Source: Octopus vulgaris (taxonomy: Eukaryota). From it: DNA of 64,000 nucleotides. The first letter of the stretch is position 1. Every line of letters begins with the position of its first letter. The translations under genes and the position numbers were made by a program. Below the pieces are notes generated by a model, which was not told the DNA's origin, searched no databases, and was given only the letters and a program-made list of their open reading frames with translations. This document shows positions 14,560 through 27,482 of the stretch, piece by piece. The stretch is from NCBI GenBank assembly GCA_951406725.2, contig OX597814.1, positions 99,076,001-99,140,000 on the forward strand, in the 5' to 3' direction.

Positions 14560-15499
14560 AGGAAAATTATATTCAGGTTATACTGCGGCGAACCTAGTAT
14601 ACCGGTTGCGGAAGACTGCTTTATTTTATCGATCTCCGATGGATGAAAGGTGAAGTTGACATTAGCAGGAGTTGAACTCAGAGAGTTAGTAAAGAGCTGG
14701 AACAAATTTTATAAACCATTTTTTCAGACCTCGCCAAGTTACCCGAACACTACCACCACCACCACCATTACCACTACTACTAGACCTCACCAATTTACCC
14801 GACCACTACCACCACCACCACCATTGCTACTACTACTACTACTACTTTCTATTTTGTCGTCTTTTCTTCCTGCGTTCTCTCTTCCTTCTCTCAAATGCCC
14901 ACCCCTCCCCCACTCACAGTACAATCCTGTGTACAATCCACCCCATTCCTCGCAGTACAATCCTGTATTGTCTTCACTACAATGTTTCACACAACGGCTG
15001 AAATTTTCTCTCCATTATTTCCCTCGTGTTTTTATTGTATTCACAAAATTTTCTCACAAACTTTGTTAACATTTCTTTTGTCGTTTCCCAATATCAAACG
15101 CACCCTCACTCAGTCCGCCTAGATAACACGTTTTACTTTTGCGACATCAGTTTTGTTTTGAGATACAATTGTTTTGATAAAGAAATTATTTATTTATTTG
15201 TTCATTTAAAATATTCTTTTTTATTCCTTTCAAGCACAAAAAAAAAAAAACTTGTTTAGTTCATTCTTTCTATCGAAAAAAAAGAGTCTCTCTCTCTCAT
15301 TCTTCCTCTCTTTCCCTCTGCCCCCTCTCTCCCCCTCATCCCCTTCTCTCCATCTTCCTCTCTCTCCTTCTTCCTCTCTCTCCTTCTTTCTCTTTCTCTC
15401 CTCCCCTCTTCCTCTTTTTCTCCCATTTCCCTACACTTTCTCTCATTCCCTTCCTCCCTCCCTCCCTCCCCTCCCTCACTGTAACAACCAAGGATTTCA

Positions 15500-16345
15500 G
15501 TAATTAAATAAATAAGCTTATTTATTTATGCACCCTTTTCAAGCCTAGCCAGGCTCATGGGCTCGGTTTCCCGGTTTCTATGGCGTATGTGTTCCCCCCC
15601 AGCTGGACGGGACGCCAGTCCATCGCAGCGTTTCTCAAAAAAAAAACAGGAAGAAAGAGTGAGAGAAAGTTGGAGCGAAAGAGTACAACAGGGTTCGCCA
15701 CCACAACCTGCTGGAGCCTCGTGGAGCTTTAGGTGTTTCCGCCCAATAAACCCACACAACGCCCGGTCTGGGAATCGATTCCGCGATCCTCCGACCGCGA
15801 GTCCGCTGCCCTAACCACTGGGCCATTGCGCCTCCAAGGTTATTTATATATAAGTAAAAATGCTTCCCTTGTTTAATAGGAAGAGGGACATAAGAAGTGG
15901 ATTTTCATATCCTTCTGATTTATTTAGGATTGCTGCTACTACAAAAAACAAAAAAAATTTGAAATCGGTGGATGAAATCGGTTCGATATGAAGATTAATA
16001 TCATCTAATTACCAAGGCACGTGAATGTGGCGAGCGGGCAGAGCCGTTAGTGCGTCGGGACAAAGTAGACTCGCGCTTTGCGGTATTTATTCCGACTGAT
16101 TACGTTTTGAGTTCAAATAAAGCTTAGTTTGACTTTGTCTTTCATCCTTTTTTCAGGGATCGTTAAAATAGGTGCCATCACCAGGTAGTAGAGTCGATGT
16201 AATCAACTTACACCCTCCGCTCGAAAAAAAAAAAAACCCAAAAGAATTTATAAATTATAGCGATTAGTTATTTGTGTTTCTTTATAGAGAGAAAGAAACT
16301 TAGTGACATTCAATCATTTTTACCTGTGAAATCAATTAACCAGGT
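15500..16345. repeat. Right arm of the inverted duplication, interrupted by a SINE
   Basis: Reverse complement of 13695-14260 once 15527-15836 is removed. Confidence 0.85.
15527..15836 (-). mobile_element. tRNA-derived SINE family C
   Basis: Minus-strand head GGAGGCGCAATGGCCCAGTGGTTAGGGCAGCGGACTCGCGG...CGATTCCCAGACC; flanked by near-duplicate GCTTATTTATTTAT / GGTTATTTATATAT. Confidence 0.85.
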
Positions 16346-16499
16346 TTTAAAATTGTGTCAAGGAAAAGTCACCCTTTTCATTTACCAAAGCGCTATAAAC
16401 ATCAATCAACCGATACAGTGTAGCTTCTCTTTTCAATGTTACTTAATATAGTAGTGAATGCTCATCTGAATTTAGTAACTAATATACAAGAAATAAAAA

Positions 16500-16705
16500 G
16501 GTGACGATCTGGCAGAACAGTTAGCACGCCGAGAAAAATGTTTAACGGCATTTCGTCTATCTTTACGTTCCGAGTTCAAATACCGCTGGGGTCGACTTTG
16601 CCTTAAATCCTTTCGGGGTTACTAAAAATAAGTACCAGTTGAGCGCCAGAGTCGACTTAGCCCTATCTCCGTAATTCCTGGCCTTCTGCCAAAATTTGAA
16701 ACCAA
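16500..16705 (+). mobile_element. SINE family A, diverged monomer
   Basis: Head, GAGTTCAAAT and core recognisable. Confidence 0.75.
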
Positions 16706-17266
16706 TATACTAGAGACACAAAAGACTTAATCCTTTGTCATCAGAAATGTTCCTGCCATGAATTCAATCCTCGTTGCCCAACCATACTACCTATAGGAAA
16801 CCACTTCTTGCAAATAACTGTTCAAAACGAACATCAACCTTAATGACATAGTGATTCTCGAGAAACGCGCAAAGGGCTATGGATCATCGTTAAACAAGCA
16901 AATAAAATTAAGTTATTGGTATTAATTATTCAGATGTGTTTTCTCCATCAAAGAACACTAAGCTAATCTTACCAAATTTCATATGACCACCATCAAAATT
17001 CTAATTTGAATTTTTATGTGGTGAGGAAGAGACATCACTGACTCGATACGTAATATAGTATTCATTTCAGTAAGTGAAGCACCAACTGATGATATGCTTC
17101 TACATTTTTAATAAGAATAATATATATATTCATTTCAGCGTTGGGTGATACACTATTGAACAGACTCGCGATTGACAAATTAATGACAGTAGAAAGGAAA
17201 TATTAAAGGAAAAGTAATTAGCAATATTTGTATTAAAATTAACAATTGCTACATCATTACATTAAT

Positions 17267-17590
17267 AACAAGAGCACTCAGAGAGCGCAAACCTCCGCCT
17301 AGGCAACGCCAAGGTCCGCTTAACGATTAACCAGAGATGCTTTTTTTTTAAATGAGAATATCTGAAATAAACTCGACTGCTCTCAAAGACAATAATACTG
17401 AAAGTGAAACGGACCGTTCTTAAAAATTAAGTAAAAATACAGGAAAAATAATCCAGAATCCTTGGCCGGTACCAGATTAATCCCAAAACTGAAATCAGTT
17501 CGTGCCAGTCACGAGGCAAAACATCCCTGACAGCCTCATCCGATTCGATCCAGCGGTTCTTGAGATATCATGTCCACGGACAAACAAGCA
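17267..17590. mobile_element. Non-autonomous Helentron/HINE (DINE-1-like) element, one end missing
   Basis: Terminus AACAAGAGCACTCAGAGAGCGCAAACCTCCGCC and CAGCGGTTCTTGAGATATC...GGACAAAC running into a (CA)n tract, a typical HINE layout. Confidence 0.55.
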
Positions 17591-18534
17591 CACACACACA
17601 CACACACGCTCACACACATATGTATATATATATAATCATTTGACTGCTGGAGCACCGCCTTAAAGGTTTTTTTTAGTCGAACAATTCGCCCCCAGGATTT
17701 ATACTTTGTAAGCCTAGTTCTCTTTTGCCGAATCGCTAAGTTACAGGAACCTAAACATCCCAACATCAGTTATCAAGCGATGGTGGTGGTGGTGGTGGTG
17801 ACGGGGTAAAAATACATGCAAAAAGACACACACACGCACACACGACTATCAAATCCAGTCACCTGCCCAAGGTGCCACACAGTGGGATTGAACAAGGAAT
17901 CATGTAGTTGGGAAGCGAGCTACTTACCACATAGATATCGTGAAAAATGTATAATGTATAAAATATATACAGTTATTTATTTGAAAGTCTTTAGCAGTGT
18001 GGATTACAAACGATGTGAAAACATCTTCTCTTGTGTAAACAGTAAAATTATTGGGTATTTTCTTGCAGATTTTCTTCGTAGATAAAAGTTTATTTATTAG
18101 AGTAGTTGTACTGCACTATTTATTCTTCGGCTACTCAGACAATTTATAATTTAACATATGTAAAAAGAACTTGCTTAACAGGGTATAATATATTCTCCTG
18201 TGAACTGCATACAAGAAGATTACTCGGCTTCGCAATTAATTAAATAGCATATATTTACATAGAACACAATGCACACCCCAAACTTACAATGAAGACAAAA
18301 ATACATTATTATCTAAAAACCTCTGATTATGGGAGTTGCGGACGATGTGAAGACATCCTATTGTTCTCATAAGTAAGCAGAAAAATTACCGGGAATCGTA
18401 TTAGAAACTCTTTCGCAGAAAATGATCATCTCCTCAGAGACAGTTTCTTTTTGTTTATGCAAATAATACAAACTGTGCTAATGCTTTTTTATATAATTTT
18501 TCTATTATTATATGTGTGTATGGATATATATATA

Positions 18535-18735
18535 TAGTTCAAATTTACAGAAAACAAAAGACGAAGACAGGTGAAAGAACAAGCAGGTGTATTAATTTGA
18601 TGCTCCGGAAGAATGGAAAAGTCTTTGACGTCTCGATGAGCCTACGTTCTTCGAAAGAAAAGGTTCGGAAGACAAAACCGGAGAGAACAGGAAGAAAAAT
18701 GTTGAGAGATAAAAATGTGTAAGAATTAACGGTTC
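18535..18735 (-). mobile_element. Penelope pLTR-like repeat with eroded hammerhead-like core
   Basis: Homologous to 44322-44510 and 20255-20350; minus strand TCGAAGAACGTAGGCTCATCGAGAC. Confidence 0.5.
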
Positions 18736-19174
18736 AAGATAATGAATATATATATACATATATATACAATAGTGGTCATAATATAATGGTCAATAAGAAA
18801 AAAGTTTATTGAAATAGTTATTATCGAAGATTAACAACACGTTGAGACAAAATAGTTTACATATATTTAGATATATCTAATATCAATCTTTCGTGAAAAT
18901 TCCAAGTCAATGGAATAAATATTTCGTAAGTTATGAGGAAATAAACAAATGATCTTCCAAACTGCAGCGTCCAAAAATCCTGGGGGCGAATTGTTCGACT
19001 AAAAGGTTACTTACAAAAACAATGAAAATTGGAACAAGAACAAGAACAAGAAAGAAACATACTATTAATATTTTGTGAACATCCCTTTACTATGAATGGC
19101 CTCCTGTGAATTAATTTCTTGCAAAATGATGGAGTAATACTGTTCCATTCACTTTTCAGTGTTTATGGTCAAAC

Positions 19175-19345
19175 CTGTAGCAGTTGAGACCTCCGGCGTT
19201 GTTTGCTTCTGCACCATATCTCCGCTAACCGCTGTTGGGGTGGAAATTGCTGTCCGCAAAGAACGAGCCCCGTGAATCAGAGTAGCTAATCCCGTGCATT
19301 CCCCTTGCTATTCTCTGGTGCAACGCTGTTTCCATTTAGTCTGCT
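19175..19345 (+). mobile_element. Degenerate C-terminus of a CRE/NeSL-like non-LTR element (REL endonuclease region)
   Basis: VAVETSGVV...EPRESE*L...PLAIL..NAVSI resembles the PVAVETLG...DPRE...LSIAIQRGNA pattern. Confidence 0.5.
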
Positions 19346-19414
19346 GGTGCCATGAGAAATGTTTCTATATTGTGAGAGGCAAGATTATCCATTGGATCCA
19401 TTGGAGGACATCTT

Positions 19415-19745
19415 CATGATTTTGGATAATATCTTCCCGTTTAGTACACTTTGTTCGTTCGCTTCCTAAAGTAATTTGTCAATATAGTAGTAATTAACTT
19501 GAGTTTGTTTCTGAATGCCTACTGAAGATGAGTGTTATCAATAAATAGAAGGGGGTTGAGATCGAATTCAGGTAGGCCTGTATATAAGACATTTATTCTC
19601 ACATATTGTTTCGTTTGAAATTTTCAGATGTTTAATCCTGTTGTGTATTTTTCTTGTAGATGCCTGATATTATTCTGAATGTTTTATGATTGTAAGGAAT
19701 ATAATTGTCTTCTTAGGAGTATGTCTTAGCTACACACTTGCTATA
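19415..19745 (-). mobile_element. Possible GIY-YIG endonuclease remnant of a Naiad-like PLE
   Basis: Across frameshifts: YTGLPE, FRNKLKLITTILTNY, GKILSK resemble YIGxTE, FRN..STTLSKY, WKILSK. Confidence 0.35.
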
Positions 19746-19992
19746 TTATTAATATTCTACTAGTTTACATCTTAAGAACTACACCTGCATACAAATATAT
19801 GTGTATAATGTATATGTATGTATATGCAAATATATACAAGCATATATACACGAATTCATACATATACACATGTGAATCTATATGTGTACATATTTATGTA
19901 TGTATATTGTATACAAATGTATTAATGTGTGTGTGTATATATATACATATATACACACACGCATATGTATATTGTTATAATTGGGGATGGTC

Positions 19993-20200
19993 ATATTTTG
20001 CCAATTAAACACACGCACTATATATTTGGTCTTCACTTCAGCTTCATTATTCTTATTTTAGTTCTGTGACCTCTTCAGAGACTTTCTATCCCACGTCACA
20101 GGATGCGTGACGAAAGAGTTTTGACAAAGAAGCTAAAATAATAACAATAAGCTTAGCTGAAGACCAAATGCATAATGCATGTGTTTTATCGGCAAAATAT
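19993..20200. repeat. Diverged fold-back inverted repeat around hammerhead-like halves
   Basis: Arms 19993-20063 and 20131-20200; plus strand GTCAC-aggatgc-GTGAC-GAAA, minus strand CTGAAGAGGTCAC. Confidence 0.7.
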
Positions 20201-20356
20201 AGTATAACGATACCTGTTCAACACATAATTTAACATTAAGAATCTTGCAAAACAAATACATTAACATATATCCCGACACTTTTTCTACTCTCATCCCTTT
20301 TTTTTTTCCTTTCATCCCTTTCTGTGGAAGAGCGTAGACTCGAAACGACCATATAC

Positions 20357-20429
<73 letters not shown>

Positions 20430-20857
20430 AACACACGAGTAAGTCCCCAGACAACAGAAGAACGAAAATGCTACCTTCTTAACATTGGGTACATTTTAAT
20501 TTTCTTTATAAAATACATTAAAAGAAGAATGTTTTGGTTTTGTTTCACATGTTTCAGTTTTTGAAAAACCTTATCAAAAATATGCACTAAAATGGAATAT
20601 GCAGAGAGAAAAGAACTATTAATAAAATAAAATTAAAATATACATTCATAGTTTACTTTCCTTTTTTCTGCAAGATCACGTGGTATTTTCCTCTAATTTT
20701 CGTAGCATGACAATTTGAACTGTTTGTGATGGCAAATTACTACTGTCTGTGATGGTAAATAATATATATATATATATGTATATATATGTAGGTCCCGGGT
20801 TGATTCGGGGTTAACCACAGTAAGTAAGGTACTCAATACATAGCAGAGTAAAATTAA

Positions 20858-20972
20858 TTTATTATATAGAAGGAGCTTCTACAGGACTAGTACTGTTTCA
20901 TTCAAGAGCTTCCTGAAGATTTCTCTTGAATGAAACAGTACTAGTCCTGTAGAACTCCTTCTATATAATAAA
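20858..20972. repeat. Near-perfect ~50-bp inverted repeat with hammerhead-like core
   Basis: Arms 20858-20908 and 20923-20972 (one indel); CTGAAGA at 20913 and GAAAC at 20932. Confidence 0.85.
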
Positions 20973-20976
20973 AAAA

Positions 20977-21032
<56 letters not shown>

Positions 21033-22457
21033 AGCGTTTATCTATATGTATATATGTGTGTGTATGTGGTGTATGGGTGTGTATGTGCACTTTGCTCAAG
21101 AGCACAACACGTCACCCAGTCCAGGAACTGAAACCACACTCTTAGGCACACGTGTCACACGGCTCCATGAGACATCAAAAAAACCTTAGAGAAACCATTA
21201 GGAAGAACTGACCGAATAAGAATCGGAAAACGATCTACATGCACCATGACACACGTTTTTTAAAACAAATCAAGTAATCAATAAATTGAGCGGTCCAGTG
21301 GTCTCCTACTCACTGAACAACCTAGATCTAGTTTTCTCTCCCACTTCTACATTTTGGTTGGAGGGACAGCCTTCGAGATAACAATTTAATGGCACAGACA
21401 TAGTGAAAGTGGCTTTGAAGCAGTAAGTGTGCACACCAGATTTCTTTCAAAGAGGATTCGAGAGTTCGGTTCAGCCATGGTGCCAATGCATCGTTTGAAA
21501 TGGAGGCTATGTTGAGTACAACTTTTGTATTAAGGAAAAGGTACTCACTCAATCAACATGTCCATTTTGAACGACTTATGTCTGGTAATAGAAACGTTAT
21601 GTGTACTTTTGCATTACCTTCGCAACAATATTCTAAAGTATGTATGTACACTTGCGCCCGTGCACACACACGCACAACGTTGCTCCAGTCCACTCAGCTG
21701 GTAAAATATGAGCAATCCTGCGACGGACCGCCGTCCCGTCCATCTGGGAATATATACACCACGAAGACCAGCCCTACGAGACTACATGGTTCGGGAAGGA
21801 CTTAATTTTGAATGTCTTAACGTACCGCTTGCTGTTCATTTCGCAGTCAGTTCTTGATGAACTAGTTTCATATATCTGCTTGCTGGTTTCAATAATTTTC
21901 AGCTGATTTTTAAACGAAGTCCATAACAACCGTTGTCATATTATTCCTTTCCTCTTTATTTTTGGTAGACTTATTGCTATGAGTGACGGCTACTGGTGAA
22001 CAGCATAACCGGGACTATTCCGTTTTTAGAAAAATAACTTATAGCAGCAGCAGAACTTGGGGTATTGCAATAAATGAAAACTAACAAGAAATAAGAAGGT
22101 ATATTATGATGATGTCAGTGGTGGCCACATAAATCATTTACTCATATGGGTGTCTCAGAACATTTTTATCTTAGTCTAATGTATCTTGTTCAAATCAACT
22201 TGAGGGTGGGTACTATACTGAAAAGACAATAAAAGAACTCTGTAAGTGAACGAAACACTCATTAATTTCACAGTGCTGCCCTAAAATCAAAGTATGCACA
22301 ATTAATAACATAGGTGGGTTCCTGGTGACTATGACCCCGAGTGAGTCAAATTCCCTAATTTGTAGCAAAGAGACCATTTAGTAAAGAATTACCTTTATAT
22401 AAATCGTTCTATTTTAACCTGATGTTAGTTGTAAGTACATCATGTATATATACTATG

Positions 22458-22491
<34 letters not shown>

Positions 22492-22585
22492 CTCATTTGT
22501 GGCAGAAAGAAAGGCCATTTAGTAAAAAAGCTAGCTATTTATAAGGTGTTGTAGCTATTTTATTTTGATGGTAAGTACATCGGTG

Positions 22586-22915
22586 AAGGCGCATGGATCT
22601 GTTGTTAGAGCATCGGGATCACAATCATGAGGTAGTGAATTCAATTCCCGGACTGGGCTGTTTTGTGTTCTTGAGCAAGACACTTTATTTCACGTTGCTC
22701 CAATTCATTCTGCTGTACAAATAAGTTGCGACGTTACTGGTGCCAAGCTGTATCGGCCTTTGCCTTTCCAGTGAATAACATCACTGGTGTGTAGAGGGAA
22801 GGCTGGTATGCATGAGTGACTGCTGGTCTTCCATAAACTACCTTGCCCAGACTTGTGCCTCGGAAGGGAACTTTCTAGGTGCAATACCATGGTCATTTAT
22901 AACCGATGTCTTTAC
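22586..22915 (+). mobile_element. tRNA-derived SINE family D (CORE-like domain)
   Basis: GGCGCATGG head, GAATTCAATTCCC B-box, TTGAGCAAGACACTTTA CORE-like motif; related copies near 25900-26035, 26320-26490, 27210-27345, 42645-42963, 51750-51915. Confidence 0.8.
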
Positions 22916-23019
22916 TCTTTTTACATCATGCATGTATATATGATTATATTTTATCTAGTTTCAGCTCACTAGCTGTGGCCATGCTGGGGCATCGTCAGTT
23001 ATATATATATATATATATA

Positions 23020-23220
23020 TCTTTACTACCCACAAGGGGCTAAACACAGAGGGGACAAACAAGGACAGACAAAGCGATTAAGTCGATTCCATTGACCCCA
23101 GTGCGTAACTGGTACTTAATTTATCGACCCCGAACGGATGAAAGGCAAAGTCGACCTCGGCGGAATTTGAACTCAGAACGTAACAGCAGACGAAATACGG
23201 CTATGCATTTCGCCCGGCGT
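23020..23220 (-). mobile_element. SINE family A (tail 1), 5'-truncated
   Basis: Matches the 12695-12878 unit. Confidence 0.85.
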
Positions 23221-24360
23221 ATGTATATACCCATAACTCGCACATAAATCATATTACTAAAATAACAGATGAGTAGTTGAGTAGTTTGAAATAGCGGATT
23301 ACATTTCATGGAAGATACAGCTACTATTTCTAGCTGGCCCCGGGACCGTGTAGTTGCTACCTAAATGGCACGCCTTAGTTACATTTGTATAGGTATGGTG
23401 TCGGTCAATGAAGCCGCCGTAGTTATAGTAATAGTTGTATCATGTATATTTTGCTGATCGTTCACGTAGTTAGGAGTTCATGTCATTTATCTCTATAGTC
23501 GTTGTCGTTGCCATTATGGCATCTGCTGCTGCTGCTGCTGATGATGGTGTTGGTGTCGATAATGACTTTCATACATTCACTGACACCACGGTTCTCATGC
23601 GAACAGAACTAATTGTATGACTTGGTCTCGCTTGACTGGAGAGGAAATCATTCAGTGTCACTTCACTAATCACTCAAGTTTTATAGCTGCCATTACCGTC
23701 TTTCGCATATATATATATATGTGTATATACCATTATATCTAAGTGTTTTTACTATGTTTTTTCTCCTTCCTCTTCTCTTCCGCCATCCCTTTCTCTCCCT
23801 TTTCCCGCTTCTTCTTCTTCTTCTTCTTCTTCTTCTTCTTCTTCTTCTTCTTCTTCTATTTACCTATTTCCTCTTTCCCTGTCCGTTTCTCTAACACGAT
23901 GCACAGATGTTTTAGCCCATTGTTATTCTGTTAGTTACCCGGATGTTACATCTCTATTACACTTTTATATTTCCAGTGATTTCGTATTTTTAAAACATCC
24001 ACTCCTCCCATATATAACAACAACAGCAACAACAACAACAACTACTACTACTACTACCACCACCACCACCAACACCATCAGAGCTGTCTCGATTACATTA
24101 TAAGGCCCTGGCCAAAGCAATGCACTCGCAATTGTGCAGACCCAAGTGCAGCACATACAGATTTACATACAGCAATTATAGATTACCAATAGGCCCTGAG
24201 ACTAGTGGGGCTGCCTAGTGCGCCTACACCTAACTACTGCTACTGCTGCTGCTGCCTAGAGCTGTCTTCATGATAGGGCCTTGACGAAGGCAAAGTAGTG
24301 GAGCCTGTACATACTCAAGCGCATCCTACATAGATTCAGATACAGCATATATGTATTACC

Positions 24361-24566
24361 TATTTCTTTACTACCCACAAGGGGTTAAACACAGAGAGGA
24401 CAAACAAGGACAGACAAACGGATTAAGTCGATTATATCGACCCCAGTGCGTAACTGGTACTTAATTTATCGACCCCGAAAGGAATTTGAACTCAGAACGT
24501 AACGGCAGACAAAATACCGCTAAGCATTTCGCCCAACGTGCTAGCGATTCTGCCAGCTCGCCGCCT
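24361..24566 (-). mobile_element. SINE family A (tail 1) with internal deletion and TSD
   Basis: GCATATATGTATTACC (24345-24360) and GCATATATGTATTATC (24568-24583). Confidence 0.9.
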
Positions 24567-24764
24567 TGCATATATGTATTATCATTGGGCATCTAGACTC
24601 ATGACAAGCATTGCTAGTACTACTGCTGCTGCTACCACTACTACTACTGCTGCTATTGCTGTTGCTGCTACTGCTGCTTCTGCTGCTGAATTTGTTACTC
24701 TCACTCTGAACCAGTGCAACCGTACTCTTAATGTTATCGATATTAAGAAATGTTCTGTAACTCT

Positions 24765-25135
24765 TTTCTACTCTAGGCACAAAGCTCAAAATTTTTGGGG
24801 AGGTGGGGCAGTCGTTTAGATCGACTCCAGTACACAACCGGTACTTAATTTATCGATCTCGAAAGGATGAAAGGCAAAGTCGACATCAGCGGAATTTGAA
24901 CTCAGAACATAAAGACAGATGAAATACCTATTTCATTACTACCCACAAGGGGCCAAACACAGAGGGGACAAACAAGGAAAAACAAACAGATTAAGTCGAT
25001 TATATCGACCCCAGTGCGTAACTGGTACTTATTTAATCGACCCCGAAAGGATGAAAGGCAAAGTCGACCTCGGCGGAATTTGAACTGAGAACGTAAAGAC
25101 AGATAAAATACCGCTTAAGCGTTTCGCCCGGCGTG
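24765..25135 (-). mobile_element. SINE family A dimer
   Basis: Junction GAAATACC|TATTTC at 24928/24929. Confidence 0.85.
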
Positions 25136-25349
25136 ACAAATACTCTGTAACTAAATGAAAAATACTCTTCATAAGGTTAATGTTGACAGTTCTCTATGGT
25201 TTGTTAATTTTTTGTTTCATTTTTTTGTTTGTTTGCAGCCTTATGAATACATAATTTGTGCTAACATTTCTTTAAAAATACCAAATTTCGAAAGTCGATT
25301 GCGCGGTGATGTAGTTCACATACATAATGGACTTTGCAATTATGTATAA

Positions 25350-25733
25350 CTAGCAGTATCGCCCGGCGTTGCTCGGGTTTGTAAGGGAAATAACTATAAA
25401 GCATTTTTAGAGAGTTATAGCCAAAAAATAGCAAAAAAATGGGAAAAAAATGATGGTAAATTTTTTTTGAGAGTTAAAAAGGTCGAGTTGCGTCCCCTAG
25501 ACAGTCTGTGGTTTGTGTTTCTGATTCTCGACCCCATGTCGAATTTATCGATTTTTTTCAGAACTGGGGGAACTTTTCAAAATTTTCGCTGCGTTAGTTT
25601 TGAATTATGACATTAGGCTATGTGTGTGTCAAGTTTCATCAGAATCGGTTGAAAGCCGTGGTCAGGGTGAGGGTACAACCTGACAGACACACAGACACGC
25701 AGACAGACAAACTGCCGTTTATATATAGGGAGA
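25350..25733 (-). mobile_element. Non-autonomous Helitron (Lep1-like layout), apparently complete
   Basis: Minus strand 5' TC, (CTGT)-type microsatellite near the 5' end, hairpin CCCGAGCAACGCCGGG, 3' CTAG; sits between host A and T. Confidence 0.8.
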
Positions 25734-26199
25734 TGATGATGCTGGTAGTCTCAGGTAGTTCGAGACAGTTCCGCAATTTTTTGCTGAACAAACCTGTGCA
25801 TACGGTTTGTTTATGGTAAACAAATATTATATGTCCTGTATATTAGTTCACTCCCTCCATCAAATGGATGTTGCCTGATCAGGCGTAGAGTATGCCACCC
25901 GCCAGTGTCGAGTTATCGCAGAGCAACGTGGGGCGAAGTGCTTTGTTCAAGAATAGAACGTAGCACCCAGTCCAGATACTGAAACCACGATCACGCGATT
26001 GTGAAGGCAACGCCATAACCACTAAGCCATGCTCCCTTATACGTTACAAATACAGCTAAATATAAAATCAATATGTGAAAAATATCATCTATTGGTCCCA
26101 TATTTTAGCCCTTGATAATGTTCATCATTTATCTTTTATCTTTTACTGGTTTCACCACACACACACACACACACAGAGGCGCGCGCCCGCAAACACACG

Positions 26200-26232
<33 letters not shown>

Positions 26233-27482
26233 CATGTGATCACGTGACCGACAAGCTTGCTATCAAATATTGTTATACATCGCTGGTTACAGTACGCTTT
26301 TGCAATGTTTTTGCTTGCAAATGACGCCACCCGCTGGATAGGCGAACAGACCATCTGATCGAAAGGGAGACTGGAGCAACGTGAAAGGATGCGTTTCGCT
26401 CAAGAGCACAACGCGTCACTCAATCAAGTAATTGAACCCACGATCTGGAGATCGTGAGTGAAACAGACTTACCACTAGGCCACGAACCTTCGCACACACA
26501 TGCGCCGGCGCACCCATTATCATTTGAAGAAAAAATAATTTAAATGGTTTGATTCCTCTCGTCTTAGTACTGATGATTCCAGTAAAGAGATTACAGGACA
26601 TTTAAGATGAGACATAAAGAGCTAAAGACAGCGAAATATCCGTTTAAGTAGTTGAATTATATTGATTCGAAAGGGAGAATTTCAACATTATCAACACGTA
26701 TAAATATTTGGTAGAACATAGGTAAACATATTATTGTGTCGACAATTTGCTTTCATTATGCTTATGGTTTAAAAGGGGGCAGCGAGCTGGTAGAATCGTT
26801 ACTGCACCGGGCAAAATATTTTGCGGCATTTCTTCTTGTCTTACGTTGTGGGTTTAAATTCTGCCGAGGTCGTCATATCCTTCCGGGCTCGATAAAATAA
26901 GCTCCAACATAGGCGTCGATGTGATCGACTGGCTCTCTGCTTCAAAATTTCAGGCCTTGTGCCTCCAATAAAAAGGATATTTATGGCTTAAAGCAAGAAA
27001 GAGCAGCTCCTATGATCATTTTGCAGAGCCTCCAAGAATAGAGTGGTGGCGCGAAAGAAGAATGAACAATTCATGAGTTGTTGCAGTATGTAGCACTGCA
27101 CATGGATATGGACTTGTTCGCAAGCCTAATCCATGTGCGTGCGTCAGAATGGACTCATTGAAAGGTACTCTGCTAACCAATAAAACTAAAACAAATAAAT
27201 GCGTTACTCATTTTTGCCAGCTGAGTGGACTGGAGCAACATGAAATGAAGTGTTTTGCTCAAGAACACAACGCGTCGCCCGGTCCAGGAATCGAAATCAC
27301 AATCTTACGATCATGACACCCTAACCACTAAGCCACGTGCCTCCACCTGCAAACCAATAGTCAGATAAAACTGTATGATGGATTAAGTTTACCACTAAAG
27401 GAGCGTTTCATGTTGTATTATTTATGCTACCCATGCAACAGCGAAAGGAGTTATATGCATTGAAAATATTTATCCGCCAGAA

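Noticed and set aside
15765-15836. tRNA gene
   Set aside because: tRNA-like head runs into a SINE body, has no convincing acceptor stem or terminator, and recurs at 4287
19450-19466. Partial resemblance to the miR-375 5' end (TTTGTTCGTTCG)
   Set aside because: Match ends after 12 nt, no evident precursor hairpin, and it lies in a probable TE remnant
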